Shown here piece after piece: positions 1 through 13,400 of a stretch of 64,000 bases of DNA (the stretch's first letter is position 1; each line of letters begins with the position of its first letter). The translations under genes and the position numbers were made by a program. The notes below the pieces were generated by a model. It saw only the letters and a program-made list of their open reading frames with translations. It was not told where the DNA came from and searched no databases. The stretch spans positions 318,742,001 through 318,806,000 of the forward strand of contig OZ024740.1 of NCBI GenBank assembly GCA_964016885.1, read 5' to 3'. The DNA is from Eledone cirrhosa (taxonomy: Eukaryota).

Positions 1-479
1 TTATCCAGGATTGTCTCGTCTATCTCCAGACCTTACATTCTATCTGACATTCTAACGACTCTACCAGTTCGCTGTATTTCTACTACAATACTAACTTTAA
101 ATAATCCAGGATTGTCTCGTCTATTTCCACAACTTACATTCTATCTGATATTCTAACGACTCTACCCATTCGCTGTATTTCTACTAAAATACTAACTTTA
201 AGTCATCCATATTGTCTCGTCTATTTCCACAACTTACATTCTATCTGACATTCAAACGACTTTATCAATTCGAAGTCTTTCTACTACAATACTAACTTTA
301 AATAATCCAGGATTGTCTCGTCTATCTCCAGACCTTACATTCTATCTGACATTCTAACGACTCTACCAATTCGAAGTCTTTCTGCTACAATACTCACAAC
401 AAATAATCCAGGATTGTCTCGTCTATTTCCACACCTTACATTCTATCTGACATTCTAACGACTCTACCTATTCGATGTA

Positions 480-1249
480 TTTCTACTACAATACTAACTT
501 CAAATAATCCAGGATTGTCTCGTCTATTTCCACAACTTACATTCTATCTGATATTCTAACGACTCTACCAATTTGAAGTATTTTTACTACAATACTAACA
601 ACAAATAATCTAGGATTGTCTCGTCTATTTCCACAACTTACATTCTTTCTGACATTCTAATGACTCTACCAATTCCCTGTGTTTCTACTACAATACTCAC
701 AACAAATAATCCAGGATTGTCTCGTCTATTTCCACAACTTACATTCTATCTGACATTCTAACGACTCTACCAATTCGAAGTCTTTCTACTACAATACTAA
801 CTTTAAATAATCCAGGATTGTCTCCTCTATTTCCACAACTTACATTCTATCTGACATTCTAACGACTCTACCAGTTCGCTATATTTCTACTACAATACTA
901 ACTTCAAATAATCCAGGATTGTCTCGTCTATTTCCACAACTTACATTCTATCTGATATTCTAACGACTCTACCAATTTGAAGTATTTTTACTACAATACT
1001 AACAACAAATAATCTAGGATTGTCTCGTCTATTTCCACAACTTACATTCTTTCTGACATTCTAATGACTCTACCAATTCCCTGTGTTTCTACTACAATAC
1101 TCACAACAAATAATCCAGGATTGTCTCGTCTATTTCCACAACTTACATTCTATCTGACATTCTAACGACTCTACCAATTCGAAGTCTTTCTACTACAATA
1201 CTAACTTTAAATAATCCAGGATTGTCTCCTCTATTTCCACAACTTACAT
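480..1249 (+). repeat. 4-monomer (404 bp) tandem duplication
   Basis: Rare variant ATTTGAAGTATTTTTAC at 571 and 975 (404 apart). In both copies it is followed by TCTAGG, TTCTTTCTGAC and TAATGAC...AATTCCCTG. Confidence 0.9.
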
Positions 1250-3479
1250 ATTATCTGAAATTCTAACGACTCTACCAATTCGATGTCTTTCTACTACAAT
1301 ACTCACAACAAATAATCCAGGATTGTATAGTCTATTTCTACAACTTACATTCTATCTGACATTCTAACGACTCTACCAATTCGAAGTCTTTCTGCTACAA
1401 TACTCACAACAAATAATCCAGCATTGTCTCGTCTATTTCCACAACTCACATTCTACCTGACATTTTAACGACTCTATCAATTCGAAGTCTTTCTACTACA
1501 ATACTAACGTCAAATAATCCAGGATTGTCTCGTCCATTTCCACAACTTACATTCTATCTGACATTCTAACGACTCTACCCATTCGCTCTATTTCTACTAC
1601 AATACTAACTTCAAATAATCCAGGATTGTCTCGTCTACATCCACAACTTACATTGTATCTGATATTCTAACGACTCTACCAATTCGAAGTCTTTCTACTA
1701 CAATACTCACAACAAATAATCCAGGATTGTCTCGTCTATTTCCACAACTTACATTCTATCTGACATTCTAATGACTCTACCAATTCGCTGTCTTTCTACT
1801 ACAATACTCACAACAAATAATCCAGGATTGTCTCGTCTATTTCCACAACTTACATTCTATCTCACATTTTAACGAGTCTACCAATTCGCTGTATTTCTAC
1901 TACAATACTCACAACAAATAAACCAGTATCGTCTCGTCTATTTCCACAACTTTCATTCTATCTTACATACTAACGACTCTACCAATTCGAAGTCTTTCTA
2001 CTACAATACTAACTTTAAACAATCCAGAATTGTCTCCTCTATTTCCACAACTTACATTCTATCTGACATTCTAACGACTCTACCCATTCGCTGTATTTCT
2101 ACTACAATACTAACTTCAAATAATCCAGGATTGTCTTATCTATTTCCACAACTTACATTCTATCTGATATTCGAACGACTCTACGAATTCGCTGTCTTTC
2201 TACTACAATACTAACGTTAAATAATCCAGGATTGTCTCGTCCATTTCCACAACTTACATTCTATCTGACATTCTAACGACTCTACCAATTCGCTGTGTTT
2301 CTACTACAATACTCACAACAAATAATCCAGGATTGTCTCGTCTATTTCCACAACTTACATTCTAACTGACATTTTAACGACTCTACCAATTCGAATTCTT
2401 TCTACTACAATACTAACTTTAAATAATCCAGGATTGTCTCCTCTATTTCCACAACTTACATTCTATCTGACATTCTAACGACTCTACCAGTTCGCTGTAT
2501 TTCTACTACAATACTAACTTCAAATAATCCAGGATTGTCTCGTCTATTTCCACAACTTACATTCTATCTGATATTCTAACGACTCTACCCATTCGCTGTA
2601 TTTCTACTACAATACTAACTTTAAGTAATCCATATTGTCTCGTCTATTTCCACAACTTACATTCTATCTGACATTCAAACGACTTTATCAATTCGAAGTC
2701 TTTCTACTAGAATACTAACGTCAAATAATCCAGGATTGTCTCGTCTATTTCCACAACTTACTTTCTATCTGACATTCTAACGACTCTACCAATTCGAAGT
2801 CTTTCTACTACAATACTCACAACAAATATTCCAGGATTGTCTGGTCTATTTCCACAACTTACATTCTATCTGACATTCTAACGACTCTACCAATTCGAAG
2901 TCTTTCTACTACAATACTAACTTTAAATAATCCAGGATTGTCTCGTCTATCTCCAGACCTTACATTCTATCTGACATTCTAACGAGTCTACCAATTCGAA
3001 GTCTTTCTGCTACAATACTCACAACAAATAATCCAGGATTGTCTCGTCTATTTCCACACCTTACATTCTATCTGACATTCTAACGACTCTACCTATTCGC
3101 TGTATTTCTACTACAATACTCACAACAAATAATCCAGCATTGTCTCGTCTATTTCCACAACTCACATTCTATCTGACGTTCTAACGACTCTATCAATTCG
3201 AAGTCTTTCTACTACAATACTAACTTTAAATAATCCAGGATTGTCTCCTCTATTTCCACAACTTACATTCTATCTGACATTCTAACGACTCTACCAATTC
3301 GATGTCTTTCTACTACAATACTCACAACAAATAATCCAGGATTGTATCGTCTATCTCCACACCTTACGTTCTATCTGACATTCTAACGACTCTACCAGTT
3401 CGCTCTATTTCTACTACAATACTAACTTCAAATAATCCAGGATTGTCTCGTCTATTTCCACAACTTACATTCTATCTGA

Positions 3480-6400
3480 TATTCTAACGACTCTACCAAT
3501 TTGAAGTATTTTTACTACAATACTAACAACAAATAATCCAGGATAGTCTCGTCTATTTCCACAACTTACATTCTATCTGACATTCTAACGACTCTACCAA
3601 TTCGAAGTCTTTCTACTACAATACTCACAACAAATATTCCAGGATTGTCTCGTCTATCTCCAGACCTTACATTCTATCTGACATTCTAACGACGCTACCA
3701 GTTCGCAGTATTTCTACTACAATACTAACTTTAAACAATCCAGGATTGTCTCCTCTATTTCCACAACTTACATTCTATCTGACATTCTAACGACTCTACC
3801 AATTGGCTGTATTTCTACTACAATACTAACTTCAAATAATCCAGGATTGCCTTATCTATTTCCACAACTTACATTCTATCTGATATTCGAAAGACTCTAC
3901 CAATTCGAAGTCTTTCTACTACAATACTAACGTCAAATAATCCAGGATTGTCTCGTCCATTTCCACAACTTACATTCTATCTGACATTCTAACGACTCTA
4001 CCAATTCGCTGTCTTTCTACCACAATACTCACAACAAATAATCCAGGATTGTCTCGTCTATTTCCACAACTTACATTCTATCTGACATTTTAACGACTCT
4101 ACCAATTCGAATTCTTTCTACTACAATACTAACTTTAAATAATCCAGGATTGTCTCCTCTATTTCAACAACTTACATTCTATCTTACGTTCTAACGACTC
4201 TACGAATCCGATGTGTTTCTACTATAATACTCACAACAAATAATCCAGGATTGTCTCGTCTATCTCCAGACATTACATTCTATCTGACATTCTAACGACT
4301 CTACCAGTTCGCTGTATTTCTACTACAATACTAACTCCAAATGATCCAGGATTGTCTCGTCTATTTCCACAACTTACATTCTATCTGACATTCTAACGAC
4401 TCTACCTATTCGCTGTATTTCTACTACAATACTCACAACAAATAATCCAGCATTGTCTCGTCTATTTCCACAACTCACATTCTATCTGACATTCTAACGA
4501 CTCTACCAATTCGCTGTATTTCTACTACAATACTAACGTCAAATAATCCAGGATTGTCTTGTCCATTTCCACAACTTACATTCTATCGGACATTCTAACG
4601 ACTCTACCAATTCGAAGTCTATCTATTACAATACTAACAACAAATAATCTAGGATTGTCTCGTCTATTTCCACAACTTACATTCTATCTGACATTCTAAC
4701 GACTCTACCAATTCGAAGTCTTTCTACTACAATACTCACAACAAATAATCCAAGATTGTCTCATCTATTTCCACACCTTACATTCTATCTGACATTCTAA
4801 CGACTCGACCCATTCGCTGTATTTCTACTACAATACTAACTTCAAATAATCCAGGATTGTCACGTCTATCTCCACACCTTACATTCTATCTGACATTCTA
4901 ACGACTCTACCAGTTCGCTGTATTTCTACTACAATACTCACAACAAATAAACCAGTATCGTCTCGTCTATTTCCACAACTTACATTCTATCTTACATACT
5001 AACGACTCTACCAATTCGAAGTCTTTCTACTACAATACTAACTTTAAACAATCCAGGATTGTCTCCTCTATTTCCACAACTTACATTCTATCTGACATTC
5101 TAACAACTCTACCCATTCGCTGTATTTCTACTACAATACTAACTTTAAATAATCCATATTGTCTCGTCTATTTCCACAACTTACATTCTATCTGATATTC
5201 TAACGACTCTACCAATTCGAAGTCTTTCTACTACAATACTAACTTTAAATAATCCAGGATTGTCTCCTCTATTTCCACAACTTACATTCTATCTGACATT
5301 CTAACGACTCTACCAATTCGATGTGTTTCTACTACAATACTCACAACAAATAATCCAGGATTGTCTCGTCTATCTCCAGACCTTACATTCTATCTAACAT
5401 TCTAACGACTCTACCAGTTCGCTGTATTTCTACTACAATACTAACTTTAAACAATCCAGGATTGTCTCCTCTATTTCCACAACTTACATTCTATCTGACA
5501 TTCTAACGACTCTACCCATTCGCTGTATTTCTACTACAATACTAACTTCAAATAATCCAGGATTGTCTTATCTATTTCCACAACTTACATTCTATCTGAT
5601 ATTCGAACGAATCTACCAATTCGAAGTCTTTCTACTACAATACTAACGCCAAATAATCCAGGATTGTCTCGTCTATTTCCACAACTTACTTTCTATCTGA
5701 CATTCTAACGACTCTTCCAATTCGAAGTCTTTCTACTACAATACTCACAACAAATATTCCAGGATTGTCTGGTCTATTTCCACAACTTACATTCTATCTG
5801 ACATTCTAACGACTCTACCAATTCGAAGTCTTTCTACTACAATACTAACTTTAAATATTCCAGGATTGTCTCCTCTATTTCCACAACTTACATATTATCT
5901 GAAATTCTAACGACTCTACCAATTCGATGTCTTTCTACTACAATTCTCACAACAAATAATCCAGGTTTGTATAGTCTATTTCTACAACTTAAATTCTATC
6001 TGACATTCTAACGACTCTACCAATTAGAAGTCTTTCTGCTACAATACTCACAACAAATAATCCAGCATTGTCTCGTCTATTTCCACAACTCACATTCTAT
6101 CTGACATTCTAAAGACTCTACCAATTCGCTGTATTTCTACTACAATACTAACTTCAAATAATCCAGGATTGTCTCGTCTATTTCCACAACTTACATTCTA
6201 TCTGACTTTCTAACGACTCTACCAATTCGAAGTCTTTCTACTACAATACTAACTTTAAATAATCCAGGATTGTCTCCTCTATTTCCACAACTTACATTCT
6301 ATCTGACATTCTAACGACTCTACCAATTCGATGTCTTTCTACTACAATACTCACAACAAATAATCCAGGATTGTCTCGTCTATCTCCACACCTTACGTTC

Positions 6401-9400
6401 TATCTGACATTCTAACGACTCTACCAGTTCGCTCTATTTCTACTACAATACTAACTTCAAATAATCCATCATTGTCTCGTCTATTTCCACAACTCACATT
6501 CTATCTGACATTCTAAAGACTCTACCAATTCGCTGTAGTTCTACTACAATACTAACTTCAAATAATCCAGGATTGTCTCGTCTATTTCCACAACTTACAT
6601 TCTATCTGACTTTCTAACGACTCTACCAATTCGAAGTTTTTCTACTACAATGCTAACAACAAATAATCTAGGATTGTCTCGTCTATTTCCACAACTTACA
6701 TTTTCTCTGACATTCTAACGACTCTACCAATTCGATGTGTTTCTACTACAATACTCACAACAAATAATCCAGGATTGTCTCGTCTATCTCCACAACTTAC
6801 GTTGTATCTGACATTCTAACGACTCTACCAATTCGAATTCTTTATATTACAATACTCACAACAAATAATCCACGACTGTCTCGTCTATTTCCACAACTTA
6901 CATTATATCTGATATTCTAACGACTCTACCAATTTGAAGTATTTTTACTACAATACTAACAACAAATAATCCAGGATAGTCTCGTCTATTTCCACAACTT
7001 AAATTCTATCTGACATTCTAACGACTCTACCAATTAGAAGTCTTTCTGCTACAATACTCACAACAAATAATCCAGCATTGTCTCGTCTATTTCCACAACT
7101 CACATTCTATCTGACATTCTAAAGACTCTACCAATTCGCTGTATTTCTACTACAATACTAACTTCAAATAATCCAGGATTGTCTCGTCTATTTCCACAAC
7201 TTACATTCTATCTGACTTTCTAACGACTCTACCAATTCGAAGTCTTTCTACTACAATACTAACTTTAAATAATCCAGGATTGTCTCCTCTATTTCCACAA
7301 CTTACATTCTATCTGACATTCTAACGACTCTACCAATTCGATGTCTTTCTACTACAATACTCACAACAAATAATCCAGGATTGTCTCGTCTATCTCCACA
7401 CCTTACGTTCTATCTGACATTCTAACGACTCTACCAGTTCGCTCTATTTCTACTACAATACTAACTTCAAATAATCCATCATTGTCTCGTCTATTTCCAC
7501 AACTCACATTCTATCTGACATTCTAAAGACTCTACCAATTCGCTGTATTTCTACTACAATACTAACTTCAAATAATCCAGGATTGTCTCGTCTATTTCCA
7601 CAACTTACATTCTATCTGACTTTCTAACGACTCTACCAATTCGAAGTTTTTCTACTACAATGCTAACAACAAATAATCTAGGATTGTCTCGTCTATCTCC
7701 ACAACTTACATTTTCTCTGACATTCTAACGACTCTACCAATTCGATGTGTTTCTACTACAATACTCACAACAAATAATCCAGGATTGTCTCGTCTATCTC
7801 CACAACTTACGTTGTATCTGACATTCTAACGACTCTACCAATTCGAATTCTTTATATTACAATACTCACAACAAATAATCCACGACTGTCTCGTCTATTT
7901 CCACAACTTACATTATATCTGATATTCTAACGACTCTACCAATTTGAAGTATTTTTACTACAATACTAACAACAAATAATCCAGGATAGTCTCGTCTATT
8001 TCCACAACTTACATTCTATCTGACATTCTAACGACTCTACCAATTCGAAGTCTTTCTACTACAATACTCACAACAAATATTCCAGGATTGTCTCGTCTAT
8101 CTCCAGACCTTACATTCTATCTGACATTCTAACGACTCTACCAGTTCGCAGTATTTCTACTACAATACTAACTTTAAACAATCCAGGATTGTCTCCTCTA
8201 TTTCCACAACTTACATTCTATCTGACATTCTAACGACTCTACCAATTCGCTGTATTTCTACTACAATACTAACTTCAAATAATCCAGGATTGCCTTATCT
8301 ATTTCCACAACTTACATTCTATCTGATATTCGAAAGACTCTACCAATTCGAAGTCTTTCTACTACAATACTAACGTCAAATAATCCAGGATTGTCTCGTC
8401 CATTTCCACAACTTACATTCTATCTGACATTCTAACGACTCTAGCAATTCGCTGTCTTTCTACCACAATACTCACAACAAATAATCCAGGATTGTCTCGT
8501 CTATTTCCACAACTTACATTCTATCTGACATTTTAACGACTCTACCAATTCGAATTCTTTCTACTACAATACTAACTTTAAATAATCCAGGATTGTCTCC
8601 TCTATTTCAACAACTTACATTCTATCTTACGTTCTAACGACTCTACGAATCCGATGTGTTTCTACTATAATACTCACAACAAATAATCCAGGATTGTCTC
8701 GTCTATCTCCAGACATTACATTCTATCTGACATTCTAACGACTCTACCAGTTCGCTGTATTTCTACTACAATACTAACTCCAAATAATCCAGGATTGTCT
8801 CGTCTATTTCCACAACTTACATTCTATCTGACATTCTAACGACTCTACCTATTCGCTGTATTTCTACTACAATACTCACAACAAATAATCCAGCATTGTC
8901 TCGTCTATTTCCACAACTCACATTCTATCTGACATTCTAACGACTCTACCAATTCGCTGTATTTCTACTACAATACTAACGTCAAATAATCCAGGATTGT
9001 CTCGTCCATTTCCACAACTTACATTCTATCTGACATTCTAACGACTCTACCAATTCGAAGTCTATCTATTACAATACTAACAACAAATAATCTAGGATTG
9101 TCTCGTCTATTTCCACAACTTACATTCAATCTGACATTCTAACGACTCTACCAATTCGAAGTCTTTCTACTACAATACTCACAACAAATAATCCAGGATT
9201 GTCTCATCTATTTCCACACCTTACATTCTATCTGACATTCTAACGACTCGACCCATTCGCTGTATTTCTACTACAATACTAACTTCAAATAATCCAGGAT
9301 TGTCACGTCTATCTCCACACCTTACATTCTATCTGACATTCTAACGACTCTACCAGTTCGCTGTATTTCTACTACAATACTCACAACAAATAAACCAGTA

Positions 9401-10440
9401 TCGTCTCGTCTATTTCCACAACTTACATTCTATCTTACATACTAACGACTCTACCAATACGAAGTCTTTCTACTACAATACTAACTTTAAACAATCCAGG
9501 ATTGTCTCCTCTATTTCCACAACTTACATTCTATCTGACATTCTAACGACTCTACCCATTCGCTGTATTTCTACTACAATACTAACTTTAAATAATCCAT
9601 ATTGTCTCGTCTATTTCCACAACTTACATTCTATCTGATATTCTAACGACTCTACCAATTCGAAGTCTTTCTACTACAATACTAACTTTAAATAATCCAG
9701 GATTGTCTCCTCTATTTCCACAACTTACATTCTATCTGACATTCTAACGACTCTACCAATTCGATGTGTTTCTACTACAATACTCACAACAAATAATCCA
9801 GGATTGTCTCGTCTATCTCCAGACCTTACATTCTATCTAACATTCTAACGACTCTACCAGTTCGCTGTATTTCTACTACAATACTAACTTTAAACAATCC
9901 AGGATTGTCTCCTCTATTTCCACAACTTACATTCTATCTGACATTCTAACGACTCTACCTATTCGCTGTATTTCTACTACAATACTAACTTCAAATAATC
10001 CAGGATTGTCTTATCTATTTCCACAACTTACATTCTATCTGATATTAGAACGAATCTACCAATTCGAAGTCTTTCTACTACAATACTAACGCCAAATAAT
10101 CCAGGATTGTCTCGTCTATTTCCACAACTTACTTTCTATCTGACATTCTAACGACTCTTCCAATTCGAAGTCTTTCTACTACAATACTCACAACAAATAT
10201 TCCAGGATTGTCTGGTCTATTTCCACAACTTACATTCTATCTGACATTCTAACGACTCTACCAATTCCAAGTCTTTCTACTACAATACTAACTTTAAATA
10301 ATCCAGGATTGTCTCCTCTATTTCCACAACTTACATATTATCTGAAATTCTAACGACTCTACCAATTCGATGTCTTTCTACTACAATTCTCCAACAAATA
10401 ATCCAGGTTTGTATAGTCTATTTCTACAACTTAAATTCTA
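3480..10440 (+). repeat. Long-period repeat: block about 3480-5990 recurs 4443 bp (44 monomers) downstream
   Basis: GGATAGTCTC at 3541/7984, CCAGGATTGCCTTATC at 3841/8284 and TACGAATCCG at 4201/8644 all have offset 4443 = 44x101-1. Confidence 0.85.
5984..8011 (+). repeat. 10-monomer (1010 bp) tandem duplication
   Basis: AAATTCTATC at 5991/7001 and ATAATCCATCATTG at 6461/7471. I noticed only about 2 differences between the copies. Confidence 0.92.
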
Positions 10441-13400
10441 TCTGACATTCTAACGACTCTACCAATTAGAAGTCTTTCTGCTACAATACTCACAACAAAT
10501 AATCCAGCATTGTCTCGTCTATTTCCACAACTCACATTCTATCTGACATTCTAAAGACTCTACCAATTCGCTGTATTTCTACTACAATACTAACTTCAAA
10601 TAATCCAGGATTGTCTCGCCTATTTCCACAACTTACATTCTATCTGACATTCTAACGACTCTACCAATTCGAAGTCTTTCTACTACAATACTAACTTTAA
10701 ATAATCCAGGATTGTCTCCTCTATTTCAACAACTTACATTCTATCTTACGTTCTAACGACTCTACGAATCCGATGTGTTTCTACTATAATACTCACAACA
10801 AATAATCCAGGATTGTCTCGTCTATCTCCAGACATTACATTCTATCTGACATTCTAACGACTCTACCAGTTCGCTGTATTTCTACTACAATACTAACTCC
10901 AAATAATCCAGGATTGTCTCGTCTATTTCCACAACTTACATTCTATCTGACATTCTAACGACTCTACCTATTCGCTGTATTTCTACTACAATACTCACAA
11001 CAAATAATCCAGCATTGTCTCGTCTATTTCCACAACTCACATTCTATCTGACATTCTAACGACTCTACCAATTCGCTGTATTTCTACTACAATACTAACG
11101 TCAAATAATCCAGGATTGTCTCGTCCATTTCCACAACTTACATTCTATCTGACATTCTAACGACTCTACCAATTCGAAGTCTATCTATTACAATACTAAC
11201 AACAAATAATCTAGGATTGTCTCGTCTATTTCCACAACTTACATTCAATCTGACATTCTAACGACTCTACCAATTCGAAGTCTTTCTACTACAATACTCA
11301 CAACAAATAATCCAGGATTGTCTCATCTATTTCCACACCTTACATTCTATCTGACATTCTAACGACTCGACCCATTCGCTGTATTTCTACTACAATACTA
11401 ACTTCAAATAATCCAGGATTGTCACGTCTATCTCCACACCTTACATTCTATCTGACATTCTAACGACTCTACCAGTTCGCTGTATTTCTACTACAATACT
11501 CACAACAAATAAACCAGTATCGTCTCGTCTATATCCACAACTTACATTCTATCTTACATACTAACGACTCTACCAATTCGAAGTCTTTCTACTACAATAC
11601 TAACTTTAAACAATCCAGGATTGTCTCCTCTATTTCCACAACTTACATTCTATCTGACATTCTAACGACTCTACCAATTCGATGTGTTTCTACTACAATA
11701 CTCACAACAAATAATCCAGGATTGTCTCGTCTATCTCCAGACCTTACATTCTATCTAACATTCTAACGACTCTACCAGTTCGCTGTATTTCTACTACAAT
11801 ACTAACTTTAAACAATCCAGGATTGTCTCCTCTATTTCCACAACTTACATTCTATCTGACATTCTAACGACTCTACCCATTCGCTGTATTTCTACTACAA
11901 TACTAACTTCAAATAATCCAGGATTGTCTTATCTATTTCCACAACTTACATTCTATCTGATATTAGAACGAATCTACCAATTCGAAGTCTTTCTACTACA
12001 ATACTAACGCCAAATAATCCAGGATTGTCTCGTCTATTTCCACAACTTACTTTCTATCTGACATTCTAACGACTCTTCCAATTCGAAGTCTTTCTACTAC
12101 AATACTCACAACAAATATTCCAGGATTGTCTGGTCTATTTCCACAACTTACATTCTATCTGACATTCTAACGACTCTACCAATTCGAAGTCTTTCTACTA
12201 CAATACTAACTTTAAATAATCCAGGATTGTCTCCTCTATTTCCACAACTTACATATTATCTGAAATTCTAACGACTCTTCCAATTCGAAGTCTTTCTACT
12301 ACAATACTCACAACAAATAATCCAGGTTTGTATAGTCTATTTCTACAACTTAAATTCTATCTGACATTCTAACGACTCTACCAATTAGAAGTCTTTCTGC
12401 TACAATACTCACAACAAACAATCCAGCATTGTCTCGTCTATTTCCACAACTCACATTCTATCTGACATTCTAAAGACTCTACCAATTCGCTGTATTTCTA
12501 CTACAATACTAACTTCAAATAATCCAGGATTGTCTCGTCTATTTCCACAACTTACATTCTATCTGACATTCTAACGACTCTACCATTTCGAAGTCTTTCT
12601 ACTACAATACTAACTTTAAATAATCCAGGATTGTCTCCTCTATTTCAACAACTTACATTCTATCTTACGTTCTAACGACTCTACGAATCCGATGTGTTTC
12701 TACTATAATACTCACAACAAATAATCCAGGATTGTCTCGTCTATCTCCAGACATTACATTCTATCTGACATTCTAACGACTCTACCAGTTCGCTGTATTT
12801 CTACTACAATACTAACTCCAAATAATCCAGGATTGTCTCGTCTATTTGCACAACTTACATTCTATCTGACATTCTAACGACTCTACCTATTCGCTGTATT
12901 TCTACTACAATACTCACAACAAATAATCCAGCATTGTCTCGTCTATTTCCACAACTCACATTCTATCTGACATTCTAACGACTCTACCAATTCGCTGTAT
13001 TTCTACTACAATACTAACGTCAAATAATCCAGGATTGTCTCGTCCATTTCCACAACTTACATTCTATCTGACATTCTAACGACTCTACCAATTCGAAGTC
13101 TATCTATTACAATACTAACAACAAATAATCTAGGATTGTCTCGTCTATTTCCACAACTTACATTCAATCTGACATTCTAACGACTCTACCAATTCGAAGT
13201 CTTTCTACTACAATACTCACAACAAATAATCCAGGATTGTCTCATCTATTTCCACACCTTACATTCTATCTGACATTCTAACGACTCGACCCATTCGCTG
13301 TATTTCTACTACAATACTAACTTCAAATAATCCAGGATTGTCACGTCTATCTCCACACCTTACATTCTATCTGACATTCTAACGACTCTACCAGTTCGCT

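Noticed and set aside
5-9. CCWGG (Dcm-type) site in most monomers as a bacterial methylation or iteron signal
   Set aside because: It is simply the centre of the dyad, and nothing else in the window suggests a prokaryotic replicon.
67-83. CENP-B box-like TTCGCTGTA motif
   Set aside because: It matches only the TTCG-NNNN-A part and lacks the required CGGG.
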